The notes under the pieces: model-generated
What the model saw: only the letters and a program-made list of their open reading frames with translations
What the model was told of the DNA's origin: nothing
Database searches by the model: none
Translations under genes and position numbers: made by a program
Assembly (NCBI GenBank): GCA_963771175.1
Contig: CAVYSY010000021.1
Coordinates: forward strand, 236,151 to 300,150
Direction of reading: 5' to 3'
Length of the DNA: 64,000 nucleotides
Source: an uncultured delta proteobacterium
GTDB taxonomy: Bacteria > Myxococcota > Myxococcia > Myxococcales > Myxococcaceae
Part shown: in pieces, positions 1-9,857 of the stretch
Layout: each line of letters starts with the position of its first letter
Position numbering within the stretch: position 1 is the stretch's first letter

Positions 1-63
1 ACCACGTTCTGGTTCACCCTTCCCGCGATTCCCACCTCTTCACGACAGGGCACGACTTCATGA
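1..63 (+). CDS. C-terminal end of a sensor histidine kinase (runs off the window edge)
   Basis: Frame 1 reads [20 protein letters not shown], the typical final strand of a HATPase_c domain; its stop overlaps the next ATG (ATGA at 60-63). Confidence 0.7.
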   Translation, partial: TTFWFTLPAIPTSSRQGTTS

Positions 64-511
64 GTCACGACACCCGCGGCACGACCCGATCGAAATCCTC
101 CTGGTGGAGGACAACCCCGGCGACGTCCGCCTGACCATCGAGGCCCTCAAGGAGGGCAAGGTGCGCAACAGCCTCTCCGTCGCGCGCGACGGGGTGGAGG
201 CGCTGGCCTTCCTTCGCCGCGAGGGCCCGCACGCCAACGCCTCGCGGCCGGACCTCATCCTGCTGGATCTGAACCTGCCCAGGAAGGACGGGCGCGAGGT
301 GCTGGCGGAGATCAAGGAAGACTCGCGCCTGCGCCGCATCCCCGTGGTGGTGCTCACCACGTCGAAGGCGGAGGAGGACATCCTGCGGACGTACGACCTG
401 CACGCCAACTGCTACATCACCAAGCCCGTGGACCTGGAGCAGTTCATCTCCGTGGTGCGCTCCATCGACGACTTCTGGCTCTCGGTGGTGCGGCTGCCGA
501 CGGTGGAGTGA
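60..511 (+). CDS. Single-domain response regulator (Rcp1-like REC), probable frameshift near the 5' end
   Basis: [12 protein letters not shown]...[13 protein letters not shown]...PVVVLTTS...[10 protein letters not shown]. The ATG at 60 is out of frame with the 104-511 ORF, implying an indel around 80-90. Confidence 0.9.
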
Positions 512-518
512 GGTGGCC

Positions 519-1656
519 ATGAGCGTGGACCCAGGTCGACCACTGCGGCTGCTGTTGGTGGAGGACAACCCCGGGGACGCCCGGCTCCTGCAGGAGGAGC
601 TCAAGGAGGTACCGTCCGTCGCGCTTCGAGGTGCGACATGTGACGCGCCTGGCGGACGCGATGGCGGTGGTGGAGGAGCCGGGGCTGGACGTGGTGCTGT
701 TGGACCTGTCGCTGCCGGACGGGCACGGGCTGTCCAACATCGAGCGGCTGCTGCAGGTGGCGCCGGCGCTGCCGCTGGTGGTGCTCACCGGCACCGACGA
801 CGAGCAACTCGCGATGAAGGCGGTGCACACGGGCGCGCAGGACTACCTGGTGAAGGGGCAGGTGACGGGCCCGCTGCTGGTGCGCGCGCTGCGCTACGCC
901 ATCGAGCGCAAGCGGGCCGAGGAGGGCCTCAAGCGCGAGGAGGCCGCGCGGCAGACGGCGCTGTTCCGCGAGCAGTTCCTGGGGATTCTGGGGCATGACC
1001 TGCGCAACCCGCTGCAGGCCATCTCCGGCAACGCGGCGCTGCTGCTGCGCTACGGGGGCCTGTCCGAGCCCCAGCGCAAGGCCATCAACCGCATCTCCAT
1101 CTCGGCGGATCGGATGGCGCGGATGATCGGCGACATCCTGGACTTCACGCGCACGCGGCTGGGCGGAGGCTATTCGCTGCAGCGCTCGTGGGTGAACGTG
1201 CACGACGTGCTGCAGCAGATCGTGGAGGAGCTGGAGGTGGCGCAACCGCAGCGGCGCTTCGAGCTGAGCGTGTCGGGCACCGGCTGGGGGGATTGGGACG
1301 CGGACCGCATCGCCCAGGCGACGTCCAATCTGGTGGGAAACGCGGTGCAGTACTCGCCGCAGGACAGCGCGGTGCGCGTGGTGGCGCGAGACGAGGGCGA
1401 CGGGGTGCGGGTGGAGGTCCACAACCTGGGCACCCCCATTCCGGCCGAGCGGCTGCCGTACATCTTCGACCCGTTCGTGCGGGGAGGAGAGGGCGCGCGG
1501 ATGGGCTCGCGCACGGGGCTGGGGCTGGGGCTCTACATCACGCATGAAATCGTGAAGGCGCATGGTGGCACGGTGCAGGTGCGCTCCACCGAGGCGGAGG
1601 GCACGTGCTTCTGGCTGAATCTGCCTCGCCACCCATCCCCCACCACGAAGGCATGA
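519..1656 (+). CDS. Hybrid REC-histidine kinase, frameshift near 625
   Basis: [10 protein letters not shown] in one frame continues as VVLLDLSLPD, H-box GHDLRNPL, N-box NLVGNAVQY and G2 GLGLGLYI in the 631-1656 frame; GAGGT RBS before ATG 519. Confidence 0.9.
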
Positions 1657-1874
1657 GCGATGTCTGAGATGGAAACACCTCGGAATAGGGCGAGCCTGGA
1701 GCCGCGGGGGTACACGCTGCGGACGAGGAGCTGCTTGCTGCGCGAGCTGAAGGTCTGGAGGTCTCGGGGAGACGGCAAGCCCGGGTGCCTGGAGCGCAGA
1801 GCGGGCGGGGGGGCGAGCGATGGAGGCGCGGCTCCGCTAGGCGACCCTAGCTTGAGCGGAAAGGAGGTCGTCTC

Positions 1875-2048
1875 ATGCCTGAACTTGCCCTCATCATCGG
1901 CTTTCTCGTGTTCTTCCTCATCATCGCGCTCACCCTCGTCCTCGGCGGCGTCAGCAGGAAGGGAGACAAGCGCGTGATCAGGGAGGGGCGCGTCACCCCG
2001 GAGCAGCGCCTGCCCACCGACAAGGAGCGCGAAGCCCACGGCTATTAG
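1875..2048 (+). CDS. Small single-pass membrane protein, 57 aa (not in the ORF track)
   Basis: AAGGAGGT at 1861-1868, then ATG 1875: MPELALIIGFLVFFLIIALTLVLGGVSRKGDKRVIREGRVTPEQRLPTDKEREAHGY*. Hydrophobic N-terminal helix followed by basic residues. Confidence 0.75.
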   Translation: MPELALIIGFLVFFLIIALTLVLGGVSRKGDKRVIREGRVTPEQRLPTDKEREAHGY

Positions 2049-2848
2049 CGGGGCGGTACGCCGGGAGGCCTCGGGTTGTAGTAGCGCCGCAGCCAGCGGG
2101 TGAGCCCGTCCAGGCCGGGGAAGAGCACGCGCTCGGTGATGTTGGCCTGGTCGAGCTTGTCCCGCACCTCCTGCTTGAGGCGCGCGGGGACGATGAGCCG
2201 GCGCACCCCCCGCTTCTGCTTTCCGAGGAACGCGTCCAGCCGCGCCGACGGGTCGTTCATCACCGAGAAGAGGGCGAACTGGTTGACGATGCGCTCGTCG
2301 AGCGAGGGCGGCTCGAAGAAGAGCACGAAGGGGTGGCGGGTGAGCCGGTCGAAGGCGGGGAGGCTCTCGGCCACCGCCGGCCAGCATCTCCGCGCTGAAG
2401 ACGTCGGCGCCCTCGGCGCTGAGCTGCTCCTTGAGGGGACGGGGGAGCAGCCGGTTCGTCTCCCGGTAGTCCACGCACCACACGACGCCGTCCTGTCGTA
2501 CAGGTCCGGGTCCTCGCTGAGGAAGTGCAGCGCCACGTAGGGGCTGAAGGTCCAGTCCAGCAGGCGCGTGGGCAGCCCGTGATGTTGGGCGAGAGAGAGC
2601 CAGTCCCAGAGGGACACGCAGGTGGTGGTGGTGCCGCGCGCGTACTTGCGGAAGGCGCGCAGCATGACGTTCTCCTGCCGGGAGTAGTCGCCGCCGCGCC
2701 GGTTGAGGCTGGTGGCCAGGTCATGGCGCGAGTCGGGCATGCCCCGGAAGGCGAGCGTGGGGCGGAAGCGGTGGAGCTCCTCGTTCCACGAGCCCGCGAA
2801 GAGCGCGTCCTGCAGCTCCAGCCAGCTCTTGAGCCGTTGCTCCTGCAC
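2045..2848 (-). CDS. FRG domain protein (frameshifts at ~2380-2490)
   Basis: AFRG motif, LAQHHGLPTRLLDWT.SPYVALHF, ERIVNQFALF, LDQANITERVLFPGLDG. Confidence 0.9.
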   Translation of the reverse strand: MQEQRLKSWLELQDALFAGSWNEELHRFRPTLAFRGMPDSRHDLATSLNRRGGDYSRQENVMLRAFRKYARGTTTTCVSLWDWLSLAQHHGLPTRLLDWTFSPYVALHFLSEDPDLYDRTASCGAWTTGRRTGCSPVPSRSSSAPRAPTSSARRCWPAVAESLPAFDRLTRHPFVLFFEPPSLDERIVNQFALFSVMNDPSARLDAFLGKQKRGVRRLIVPARLKQEVRDKLDQANITERVLFPGLDGLTRWLRRYYNPRPPGVPPR

Positions 2849-2905
2849 GCGGGGGAAGATGGGCAGCCCCGGGCGTCCAGGCACGCGGTGTCGTGAACCG
2901 GACAC

Positions 2906-3025
2906 TCAGCCGCCCACCGTGAGCCGCTCATGGATGTCCAGGTAGTGCCGCGCCATCCGCTCCGCGGAGAAGCGCTCCTCGGGGCCATCCACGAGGAAAC
3001 CGGTGCGACCGTGCTCGACGATCCG
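2906..3025 (-). pseudogene. Remnant C-terminus of a GT4-type glycosyltransferase
   Basis: Minus strand reads IVEHGRTGFLVDGP-EERFSAERMARHYLDIHERLTVGG*, the two characteristic GT4 C-terminal segments with the segment between them and the whole N-terminus missing. Confidence 0.65.
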
Positions 3026-3082
3026 GGTGCAACGGGGCGTGAGCCGTGGCGCGGGTGGAGGGGCACCATCCAGCCGGCGCCC

Positions 3083-4141
3083 TCACTCCTTCTCCTCGGG
3101 ACCGTGCCACAGGAAGCGCCGGTGGTTGCGCGTGTCGCTGGCGCCCCAGGTGTACTTGTAGGGCTCGCGACCTCGCAGGAAGTCGAACACCGAGGCGCCC
3201 TCGCGGCCTGCTTCCTCGACGGCCTGGGCCACCATCAGGCTGCCCACGCTGTAGCGTTCGAAGGCCGGCTCGAAGCCCCCGAGGTAGTAGCGGACGTACT
3301 CCCGGTCCCGGAAGCCGTAGAAGACGGCCACGGGCCGCTCCGCCACGTGCAGCGCGTACAGGCGCAGCACCCTGGCGGCGAGCAGGCCGCGCGCCACCTC
3401 GCGGTGGAAGGACTGGAGCGACGCATCCTCCAGCACGCCGGGCTCACCGCGGCGCCGCCAGCAGGCGCCGTGCAGCCGCACCAGCGTGTCCATCATCACA
3501 TCCAGGTTGCCCGCGTTCGCCTCCTCCAGGCGCACGGGACCCAGCCGCTCCAGGCGGCGGAGGGCCTGGCGCAGGTTGGAGGCGAGCCGCCCCTCCGGCT
3601 CCCTGGGGAGCGACGTCTGGGGGCAGACCTCCTGCACCTCGATGCGCTCGCCCCAGCCCGAGGGTACGGACGTGCGCAGGAGGGGGGAGTCCTCGCGAAG
3701 CTGCTCGAAGACGCACGTGTCCCAGCGCTCGCCGTTCAGGGCGAGCCAGTCGAACAGGGTCCGCACCCCGTGTGGGGCCAGCTCCGGGTCCATCAGCACG
3801 TCGAGGTAGTCGGAGATGCCCTCGCCGAGCAGCCGCACCACGCGGGCCCCGTCCTCCTCGCGGATGACGAGCGGAGCGAGCCCCACCAGCCGACCCTCGC
3901 TGCGCAGCGTCACCACCCAGGGCGGTCGCGAGGAGAAGTACGGGCCGAAGTGCCGATACCAGGGCAGCAGCCACTCGGGCCGCTGGAAGGTGGTGGCTCC
4001 GGGACAGCGGGCCCACAACCATCTCCACTCGCCCTGGAGTTGCTCCATGCCACGGAGGGAGACGACCTCCTCCACCTCGAGCGGAGCGGGGACGGGGGTC
4101 GGCCGGAGCCGGGGGACGCCCTGCTCGAAAGTCAGTGCCAT
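3083..4141 (-). CDS. GNAT family N-acetyltransferase (CelD/BcsL-like)
   Basis: W..LWARCPGATTFQRPEWLLPW, GRLVGLAPL, SDYLDVL, YSVGSLMV, FDFLRGREPYKYTWG; ATG 4141 overlaps the upstream gene end. Confidence 0.85.
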   Translation of the reverse strand: MALTFEQGVPRLRPTPVPAPLEVEEVVSLRGMEQLQGEWRWLWARCPGATTFQRPEWLLPWYRHFGPYFSSRPPWVVTLRSEGRLVGLAPLVIREEDGARVVRLLGEGISDYLDVLMDPELAPHGVRTLFDWLALNGERWDTCVFEQLREDSPLLRTSVPSGWGERIEVQEVCPQTSLPREPEGRLASNLRQALRRLERLGPVRLEEANAGNLDVMMDTLVRLHGACWRRRGEPGVLEDASLQSFHREVARGLLAARVLRLYALHVAERPVAVFYGFRDREYVRYYLGGFEPAFERYSVGSLMVAQAVEEAGREGASVFDFLRGREPYKYTWGASDTRNHRRFLWHGPEEKE

Positions 4142-5007
4142 GGTGTCTCCGGCAGCTTCAGTTCCACGAGGGCCTTGCGGGCCAACTCCCGCCAGCGAGC
4201 GCCCGTCATCCGCCAGCCGAGGGACTCGTACTGGAGCGTCCCCTCGTGCGGCGGCCGGGTGAAGTCGTAGCGAGGCGCGGCCCGGTAGCGCTCCTGTTCC
4301 ACGGAGAAGGCCTCCAGCACCCGTGCTTGCGTGGTGTAGCACGCGAGCATCCGCCGCTTGGCGGCGCGCTCGGCCTCGGTGAAGGACACCGTGGCCACCC
4401 GCCGTCCATCCGGCGCGGGGAGGAACTCGCCGGTGACGAGCGCCTCGTGATGGCGGTGATAGGACGTCATCTCCAGCAGCGCCGGAGGCGTGCGTCCTGC
4501 CCGGGCCAGCAGCGCCACGGCGGCGTGAGAGATGAAGGTGGAGGCATCGTGGTCCGGGTGGCCGCCCTCATACGGGTGGACGACGAGGAGCGCCGGGCGG
4601 AGAGCCTTCAGCAGAGCCACCAGACAGTGGGTGAGAGGGACGAGCTCCAGCGTGGCCTCCTGGTCCACCGCGCCCAGTGAGAGGAGGCTGTCCGGGGACA
4701 CGCCCGCGAGGCGCATCGCCGCGAAGGACTCTTCCTCGCGGATGCGCACGTAGGCCTCGCGCGTGGGCGGGGCATCCGGGGCGCGCAGGGCTGGGTCCCT
4801 CGGGGCCCCATCGGTGACGTGGAGGACGTGGCAGCCGGGGCCGCGGCGCAGCAGCCACGAGGCCCCCAGCACCTCGTCGTCCGGGTGCGCGGCCACGAAG
4901 AGGGTGGGCCCTCGCAGGGCATGGGGTGGCAGCAGGGGCGCGAGGACGTCTGCGACGGTGCGCCCGTCCCCGGCCGTGTACCCGGGTGATTCGTCAGGAG
5001 GGCGCAT
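4132..5007 (-). CDS. PIG-L/LmbE family deacetylase
   Basis: AHPDDEVLG, HVTDGA and GGHPDHD metal-binding motifs. Confidence 0.9.
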   Translation of the reverse strand: MRPPDESPGYTAGDGRTVADVLAPLLPPHALRGPTLFVAAHPDDEVLGASWLLRRGPGCHVLHVTDGAPRDPALRAPDAPPTREAYVRIREEESFAAMRLAGVSPDSLLSLGAVDQEATLELVPLTHCLVALLKALRPALLVVHPYEGGHPDHDASTFISHAAVALLARAGRTPPALLEMTSYHRHHEALVTGEFLPAPDGRRVATVSFTEAERAAKRRMLACYTTQARVLEAFSVEQERYRAAPRYDFTRPPHEGTLQYESLGWRMTGARWRELARKALVELKLPETPWH

Positions 5008-5090
5008 GCGCGTGCCTCCTGTTTGGAGCCCTCACCATCGCCGCCTCCCTTCCCTTGACCCCTGAGACCCACCCGCCTCCTGGGCGCGCA

Positions 5091-5129
5091 TTTCAGAAAC
5101 CTGTCCGACTGTCGGACAGGTTTTTGAAA
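5091..5129. repeat. Near-perfect palindrome (myxobacterial REP-like element)
   Basis: TTTCAGAAACCTGTCCGAC-T-GTCGGACAGGTTTTTGAAA: 19-bp arms with one mismatch, intergenic within the operon. Confidence 0.8.
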
Positions 5130-5176
5130 ACCGCGCCCGGCGGCTCCCCCTCCTGCACTGACTTTCTTCCGAGGGT

Positions 5177-6073
5177 TTAGGCGTACCGCCGCGTCATCCG
5201 CGCGCAGAAGTCCGCGAACAGCTCCGGCTGGTGCGGGGCACTGGTGTGGTGTGGCCGCTTGCCCAGGTGCTCCGGCGTGAAGCAGTAGGTGACGGTCACG
5301 TCGAACTCGTCCAGCGCCATCATCTGCTTGTCGAACCAGACGTCCGCGTTGGGCCGGAAGCTGTCGGCCCAGCTCAGGCCGGTGCGCAGCTTCTTCACCC
5401 CCAGCTTGCGCAGCCACTTCACGCCGTCGTCCAGCCGGTGGTCCTCGAAGTGGAACCACTGGCAGATGCCCATCCCCGGCGTGTAGTCCGGCGAAGTGCC
5501 GCAGCGCCTGCTTCGGCGTGCCGTCCTCGCGCAGCAGGCCCATGTAGAAGTGCCGGTAGTAGGACGAGCCCTCGGCCTCCCGGTGGCGCGTCGTCGCAGG
5601 CCACGCCTTGGGCAGGTCGTAGAGGCTGTACCAGTGGATGCGCTGCACGTGCGGGTTGCCCAGCAGCAGCTCCGCGGTGCGCCGCAGGCCGAACTCCTGC
5701 ACCTCCTCGGCGCCGAAGGTCGACACCCCGACCTCGGAGACCCAGACCGGCGTGCGACGTCACCTCGCGGATGTCCTCGAGCTGCTCGGGCCACTCGTCG
5801 AGCTGCCAGTGGTTCCAGTCGAGCGGAAAGCCGTGGACGGCCACCACGTCGACGCTCGTCCAGCACGCCCTGCTCCTCCATGTTGGGGATGAAGTTGGCG
5901 TCGATGGGCGAGATGCCACCCAGCACGCGCGGGAGGTGGGTGCGCTCCGCCTTCACCGCATCACCCGCCAGCTTCATCATCCCGGCGAATTCGACCCAGC
6001 CCTTGTCCAGGTCGAAGTCCCAGTGCGACATGTTGTTGGGCTCGTTCCAGAGCATCACCGCTTCGACCGGCAT
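5177..6073 (-). CDS. Glycoside hydrolase, beta-xylosidase-like (clan GH-A), several frameshifts
   Basis: [14 protein letters not shown] acid/base motif, VAVHGFPLDWNHW, VWVSEVG nucleophile region, GICQWFHFED, LRTGLSWAD spread across frames. Confidence 0.8.
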   Translation of the reverse strand: MPVEAVMLWNEPNNMSHWDFDLDKGWVEFAGMMKLAGDAVKAERTHLPRVLGGISPIDANFIPNMEEQGVLDERRRGGRPRLSARLEPLAARRVARAARGHPRGDVARRSGSPRSGCRPSAPRRCRSSACGAPRSCCWATRTCSASTGTASTTCPRRGLRRRATGRPRARPTTGTSTWACCARTARRSRRCGTSPDYTPGMGICQWFHFEDHRLDDGVKWLRKLGVKKLRTGLSWADSFRPNADVWFDKQMMALDEFDVTVTYCFTPEHLGKRPHHTSAPHQPELFADFCARMTRRYA

Positions 6074-6842
6074 GCGTGCCTCGCTCTTCTCTCGGGGGGG
6101 GCCTCAGGTGGCTCGGATGGACCGCGCGGCGGCAGACGTAGACCTCCTGGTACGGGTTGCCGAGGATGTCGAAGCCGGAGCAGCGCAGCATGGCCTCCGT
6201 GCAGGCCCGGTTCGGAACCCACCAGTTCGTCCAGTCGTGCGGCGTACTCGTGCTCCACGAAGTGCATCTTCGGGTAGCCCGGCTGGTCGAAGACGTCCTT
6301 CTCCTCGAAGGGGTAGTCCTTCGTCCAGCGGCTCCACGCGGGTGCTGCCGCGCTGCATGCTCTGGAAGACGAGCAGGTCGCTCACCACGTGCTCGTGCAG
6401 CAGGTCGAGCGCGAGCAGCGGGTGGCGCAGGTGGTAGAGCACGCCCATGAAGAGCACGACGTCGAAGCGCTCGCGCAGGGAGCCCACGTCGTAGACGTCG
6501 AGCTCGCGGAACTCGATGTCCAGGCCGTTCACCTCGGCGGCGAAGCGGCGCCTGGGCGAGGTAGCGCTCATCGCTGTCGACGGCGAGCACGCGCGCGGCG
6601 CCGCGCCGCTTCATCTCGATGGAGAAGAAGCCGGCGTTGCAGCCGATGTCGAGCACCGACTTGCCGGTGAGGTCCCGCGGAATGGCGTCCCGGATGTGCT
6701 TCCAGTTCATCTCCGGGTAGTCGCCCAGGAAGTGGTTGGGCGCGGTGCGCACGCCCTTGAGGTCCAGGTTGTGGAACCACTCGCCGAGGCTGCGCACGCG
6801 CTGCTCTATCTCCTGGCGCGTCAACTCGCGTGTGTTCTTCAT
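6055..6842 (-). CDS. SAM-dependent methyltransferase (TIGR04290-like), frameshifted; 3' end approximate
   Basis: [52 protein letters not shown]. Confidence 0.85.
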
Positions 6843-7624
6843 GGCTGCTCCAGCGGCAGGGGAAGGGTGGAGGCCCCTTCGTCCGAGACGGCGTTACGGA
6901 ACGGCCGGGTGCCGAGCAGTTGGATGGCCTCGCGGTAGCCATTGAGCGTTCCCACGTCCACGTAGGACTCGCCGGCGCGCACCGCGTGGGCCCTGCCGCC
7001 CCGGGCCAGCCACTCGTTCACCAGCGTGCCCACGTAGGGATCTCGCGGGTTACGGGTGAGCCACAGCTCGTACAGCTCGCGCATGATGGCGCCGGTGAGC
7101 TTGAAGGCCCCCCAGACCCAGTGGCTGGTGGCGCCCTCCTGCTTCACTTGAATCTCCCGCACCGTGCCGTCCTTGTCGGCCACCACCGCGTCGAACAGCT
7201 CGGGGCGGGCCACCGGGAAGCAGAGGAAGGAGAGGCCGCCGCTCGGCAGCTTGCACAGGCCGTCCTCGGGGAACCAGACGGTGTCCGGAAGACCGATGAG
7301 GACCTCCTCGTCCGGGTGGATGAGGGGCAGGGCGCGGAAGAGCGAGTCACACAGCCCCAGCGGCTCCGGCTGCACGGCGTAGCAGACCTGCGCGCTGCCC
7401 ACCGAGCCCCCGTAGTACTCGACGATGTCCGATTTGCCGGGGGAGATGATGAAGCAGAGCTTCGTCGCTCCCGCGACCAGCATCCGGTCCACCAGGTATT
7501 CGCTCACCGCACGAGGCCGCTCCGTCTTCCCGTCGTAGCGGCCTCCCACGGGCAGCAGCTCCTTGGAGAAGGCGAGCGGTTGGATGCGGCTGCCGATCCC
7601 CGCCGCCGGTATGAGTCCCCACAT
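6839..7624 (-). CDS. Sugar-phosphate nucleotidyltransferase (RmlA-like)
   Basis: MWGLIPAAGIGSRIQPLAFSKELLPVG, QPEPLGL, YVDVGT. Confidence 0.9.
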   Translation of the reverse strand: MWGLIPAAGIGSRIQPLAFSKELLPVGGRYDGKTERPRAVSEYLVDRMLVAGATKLCFIISPGKSDIVEYYGGSVGSAQVCYAVQPEPLGLCDSLFRALPLIHPDEEVLIGLPDTVWFPEDGLCKLPSGGLSFLCFPVARPELFDAVVADKDGTVREIQVKQEGATSHWVWGAFKLTGAIMRELYELWLTRNPRDPYVGTLVNEWLARGGRAHAVRAGESYVDVGTLNGYREAIQLLGTRPFRNAVSDEGASTLPLPLEQP

Positions 7625-7627
7625 GGA

Positions 7628-8716
7628 TCAGTTCCTCTCGTGTCGTGCGACGCGCGCTCCGTCCAACAACGCCACCAACTCCTCCGCGCGTCGGTCCGCG
7701 GTGTGCTCGGTGAGGGCGCGCTCCCATGCGCGCTTGCCCACACGGGCCAGTTCGTCCGGCGAGAGCGAGAGGGCCTCCAGCGCATCCTCGGTCGAATGCG
7801 CCACGAGGATCTCCTCGCCGGGACGGAAGAATGAATCCAGGCCCTCCCACCAATCCGTCAGCACCGGGGTGCGGCAGGACGCGGCCTCGAAGAGGCGCGC
7901 CGAGGGGCACCAGCCCATGGCCGCCATGGGGGCCCGGGTGACGTTGAGGGTGAGGGAGGACGAGCAATAGAAGGCCGGGTGCTCGATGGGCGGCAGGTGC
8001 TGGACGAAGAAGAGGTTCTTGGTCCACGCGAAGTCCCGCGGGTACTGCGCCCCTCCGATGACGAAGCGCCGCTCGGGCATGCGTCGCGCGGGCTCCAGGA
8101 AGAGGCGGTCCAGCGCCTGCTGGCGATTGGCGGCGTAGGTGCCCAGGTACGAGAAGTCCCCCCGGTACTGCTCCTTGTGCGGCACCGGGAAGTGCACCTT
8201 CGGGTCCACGCTGCCGTAGAGGGGCACCGTGTAGCGCGCGCCGAAGCGTCGCCGCAGTCCGGTGAGCGCCTCGCCGCCCGTGTAGCTCAGGACGACGTCG
8301 TAGTCGCCCAGTCCCTCCGGGGCGATGTACTCGATGGTTTCGCCCCGCTCGGCCCGCTCCAGGGTGATGGGCGTGTCCAGGTCATAGAAGGACTTCACCG
8401 GCACGCCCGAGCCCAGCACCAGCCGGCCCGCCTCGACACCGTCCGGACAGTAGGACGTCACCATGCCCACGTCCGCGTCCCGCAGGTGCCGGCGCGCGTG
8501 CGGCAGGGCCTCCTCCCACGAGGCGTAGAGGCACAGCTCCGAGCCGTGCGGCATCTCCATGAAATCCCGGTGGGCCGCGTAGAAGGGCTGGTCCCGCTCG
8601 AAGAAGACGACGCGGTGCCCCCGGGCGCGGAGCGAGGCGATGAGCCCCCGCCAGAGGGTGGCGTGGCCGTTGCCCCAGGAGGAGCTGACCGCGAGACCGA
8701 AGACCACCAGCTTCAT
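7628..8716 (-). CDS. CgeB-like glycosyltransferase
   Basis: MKLVVFGLAVSSSWGNGHATLWRGL, YDLDTP, LNVTR, PSARLFEAASC, EHT...RA; AGGAG RBS just upstream of ATG 8716. Confidence 0.85.
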   Translation of the reverse strand: MKLVVFGLAVSSSWGNGHATLWRGLIASLRARGHRVVFFERDQPFYAAHRDFMEMPHGSELCLYASWEEALPHARRHLRDADVGMVTSYCPDGVEAGRLVLGSGVPVKSFYDLDTPITLERAERGETIEYIAPEGLGDYDVVLSYTGGEALTGLRRRFGARYTVPLYGSVDPKVHFPVPHKEQYRGDFSYLGTYAANRQQALDRLFLEPARRMPERRFVIGGAQYPRDFAWTKNLFFVQHLPPIEHPAFYCSSSLTLNVTRAPMAAMGWCPSARLFEAASCRTPVLTDWWEGLDSFFRPGEEILVAHSTEDALEALSLSPDELARVGKRAWERALTEHTADRRAEELVALLDGARVARHERN

Positions 8717-9661
8717 GCCGGGCTCCTGCTGCGTGGTGGGGAGGGTGACGGCCCCGAGAGCCTCCTCGAGGAGGCGGCGCACCTTGGGCGCCAGCCGGAC
8801 ACGCGCGAGCCGCCAGCGCTGGGCGGGGCTCAGTCGTTTGAGCGTGTAGTTCACCTTGCGGCGGGTGTGCTCGAGCGGGAAGTAGCGCGCGAAGCCGGAG
8901 GCGTTGAGCGAGAAGAAGGAGAGTGCGTCCGCGTCGTTGAGGAGCGTGAGGCACACGTCCGACTCGGGGCGCTCGTGGCGGCCGATGAGCCAGCGCACGC
9001 GCTCGCGGGTGCCCTTGTCCACGCCCACCTCCGCGAGCAGCTCGCAGGCCACGTCCGCGCCGCGGGTGGCATGGGCGTCCTTGAAGGCCTGATAGTCGGG
9101 GGCATGGTGCTCCACGCGCCTGTCCGCCTCGGACAGGAGGCGCTCCACGTCGTGGAAGAGGGCCGCGCACTGGAGGTCCAGGTCCGCCTTGGGCGCGAGT
9201 CGCAGCACCCATTGCCAGGTATCCAGTGCGTGCCGGTAGTCCGCCACGACGAGCGGCTTGCTCAGGTCATGGAGGGCCAGGTGCCGCGCGAGGATGGCGT
9301 CGAAGAGGGGCCCCTCGGATGCGGTGTTGCGGCGGCCGACGAGGCCCTGGTAGCGGGTGAGGATTTCGAGGGCGGTGGCGCCGAGCGCCTCGCGGGGCGA
9401 GCCGGTGAGGAGCAGGGCCATACCGTGGCCCCGGTGCTCATGGGCGGCGCCGAAGACGCGCTCGTCCCAGTCGAACGGGTCGAACCCGGGGGCGCGCCAC
9501 ACCTGGGCGTCCAGTGGCACCACGTGGGCGTTGCCGCCCTGGGCGAGCGGCTGGACGGCAATGGTGGGAAACTCCTCGGCCAGCATGACGAACGCGCCGG
9601 GAGTGCTCGGCGTGGCGTCAGCTCGGAGGTCGGAATCGGACAGCAGGAGCTGTCGGAGCAT
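8713..9661 (-). CDS. DUF4202-like / HD-domain protein (appears fused to the CgeB gene in this sequence)
   Basis: HALDTWQWVLRL...AALFHDVER...FKDAHATRGAD...RHE...LNDADALSFF HD-like motif set; start position approximate. Confidence 0.7.
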
Positions 9662-9857
9662 CGCGTCTCCCGCGGGTGGCCCGCACCAGAGGACGCGGCA
9701 AGTTGCTGTCGGGATTCCGGAATGGCCAGGGCCTCCGTGTGGGGAGGCATGGGCCACTGCACGGAAGGACGAGCCCCGCGTGTGCCAGTGCACGGGCGCC
9801 TGGGGAGGGCCCGTGCGCTGGCGCACAGTCCGGGCGGATCATCCGGAAACCGCTCGA

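Noticed and set aside
5091..5129. Palindrome as a novel operator or recombination site
   Set aside because: It resembles the ACCTGTCCGAC..GTCGGACAGGT intergenic palindrome I recall as common in myxobacterial genomes; single copy here.
7628..9826. Apparent 732-aa DUF4202-CgeB fusion protein
   Set aside because: The join reads CAGGAGCCCGGCATGAAG. Removing one C gives an ATGA stop/start overlap with its own AGGAG RBS, so it is most likely two genes merged by a 1-nt error.
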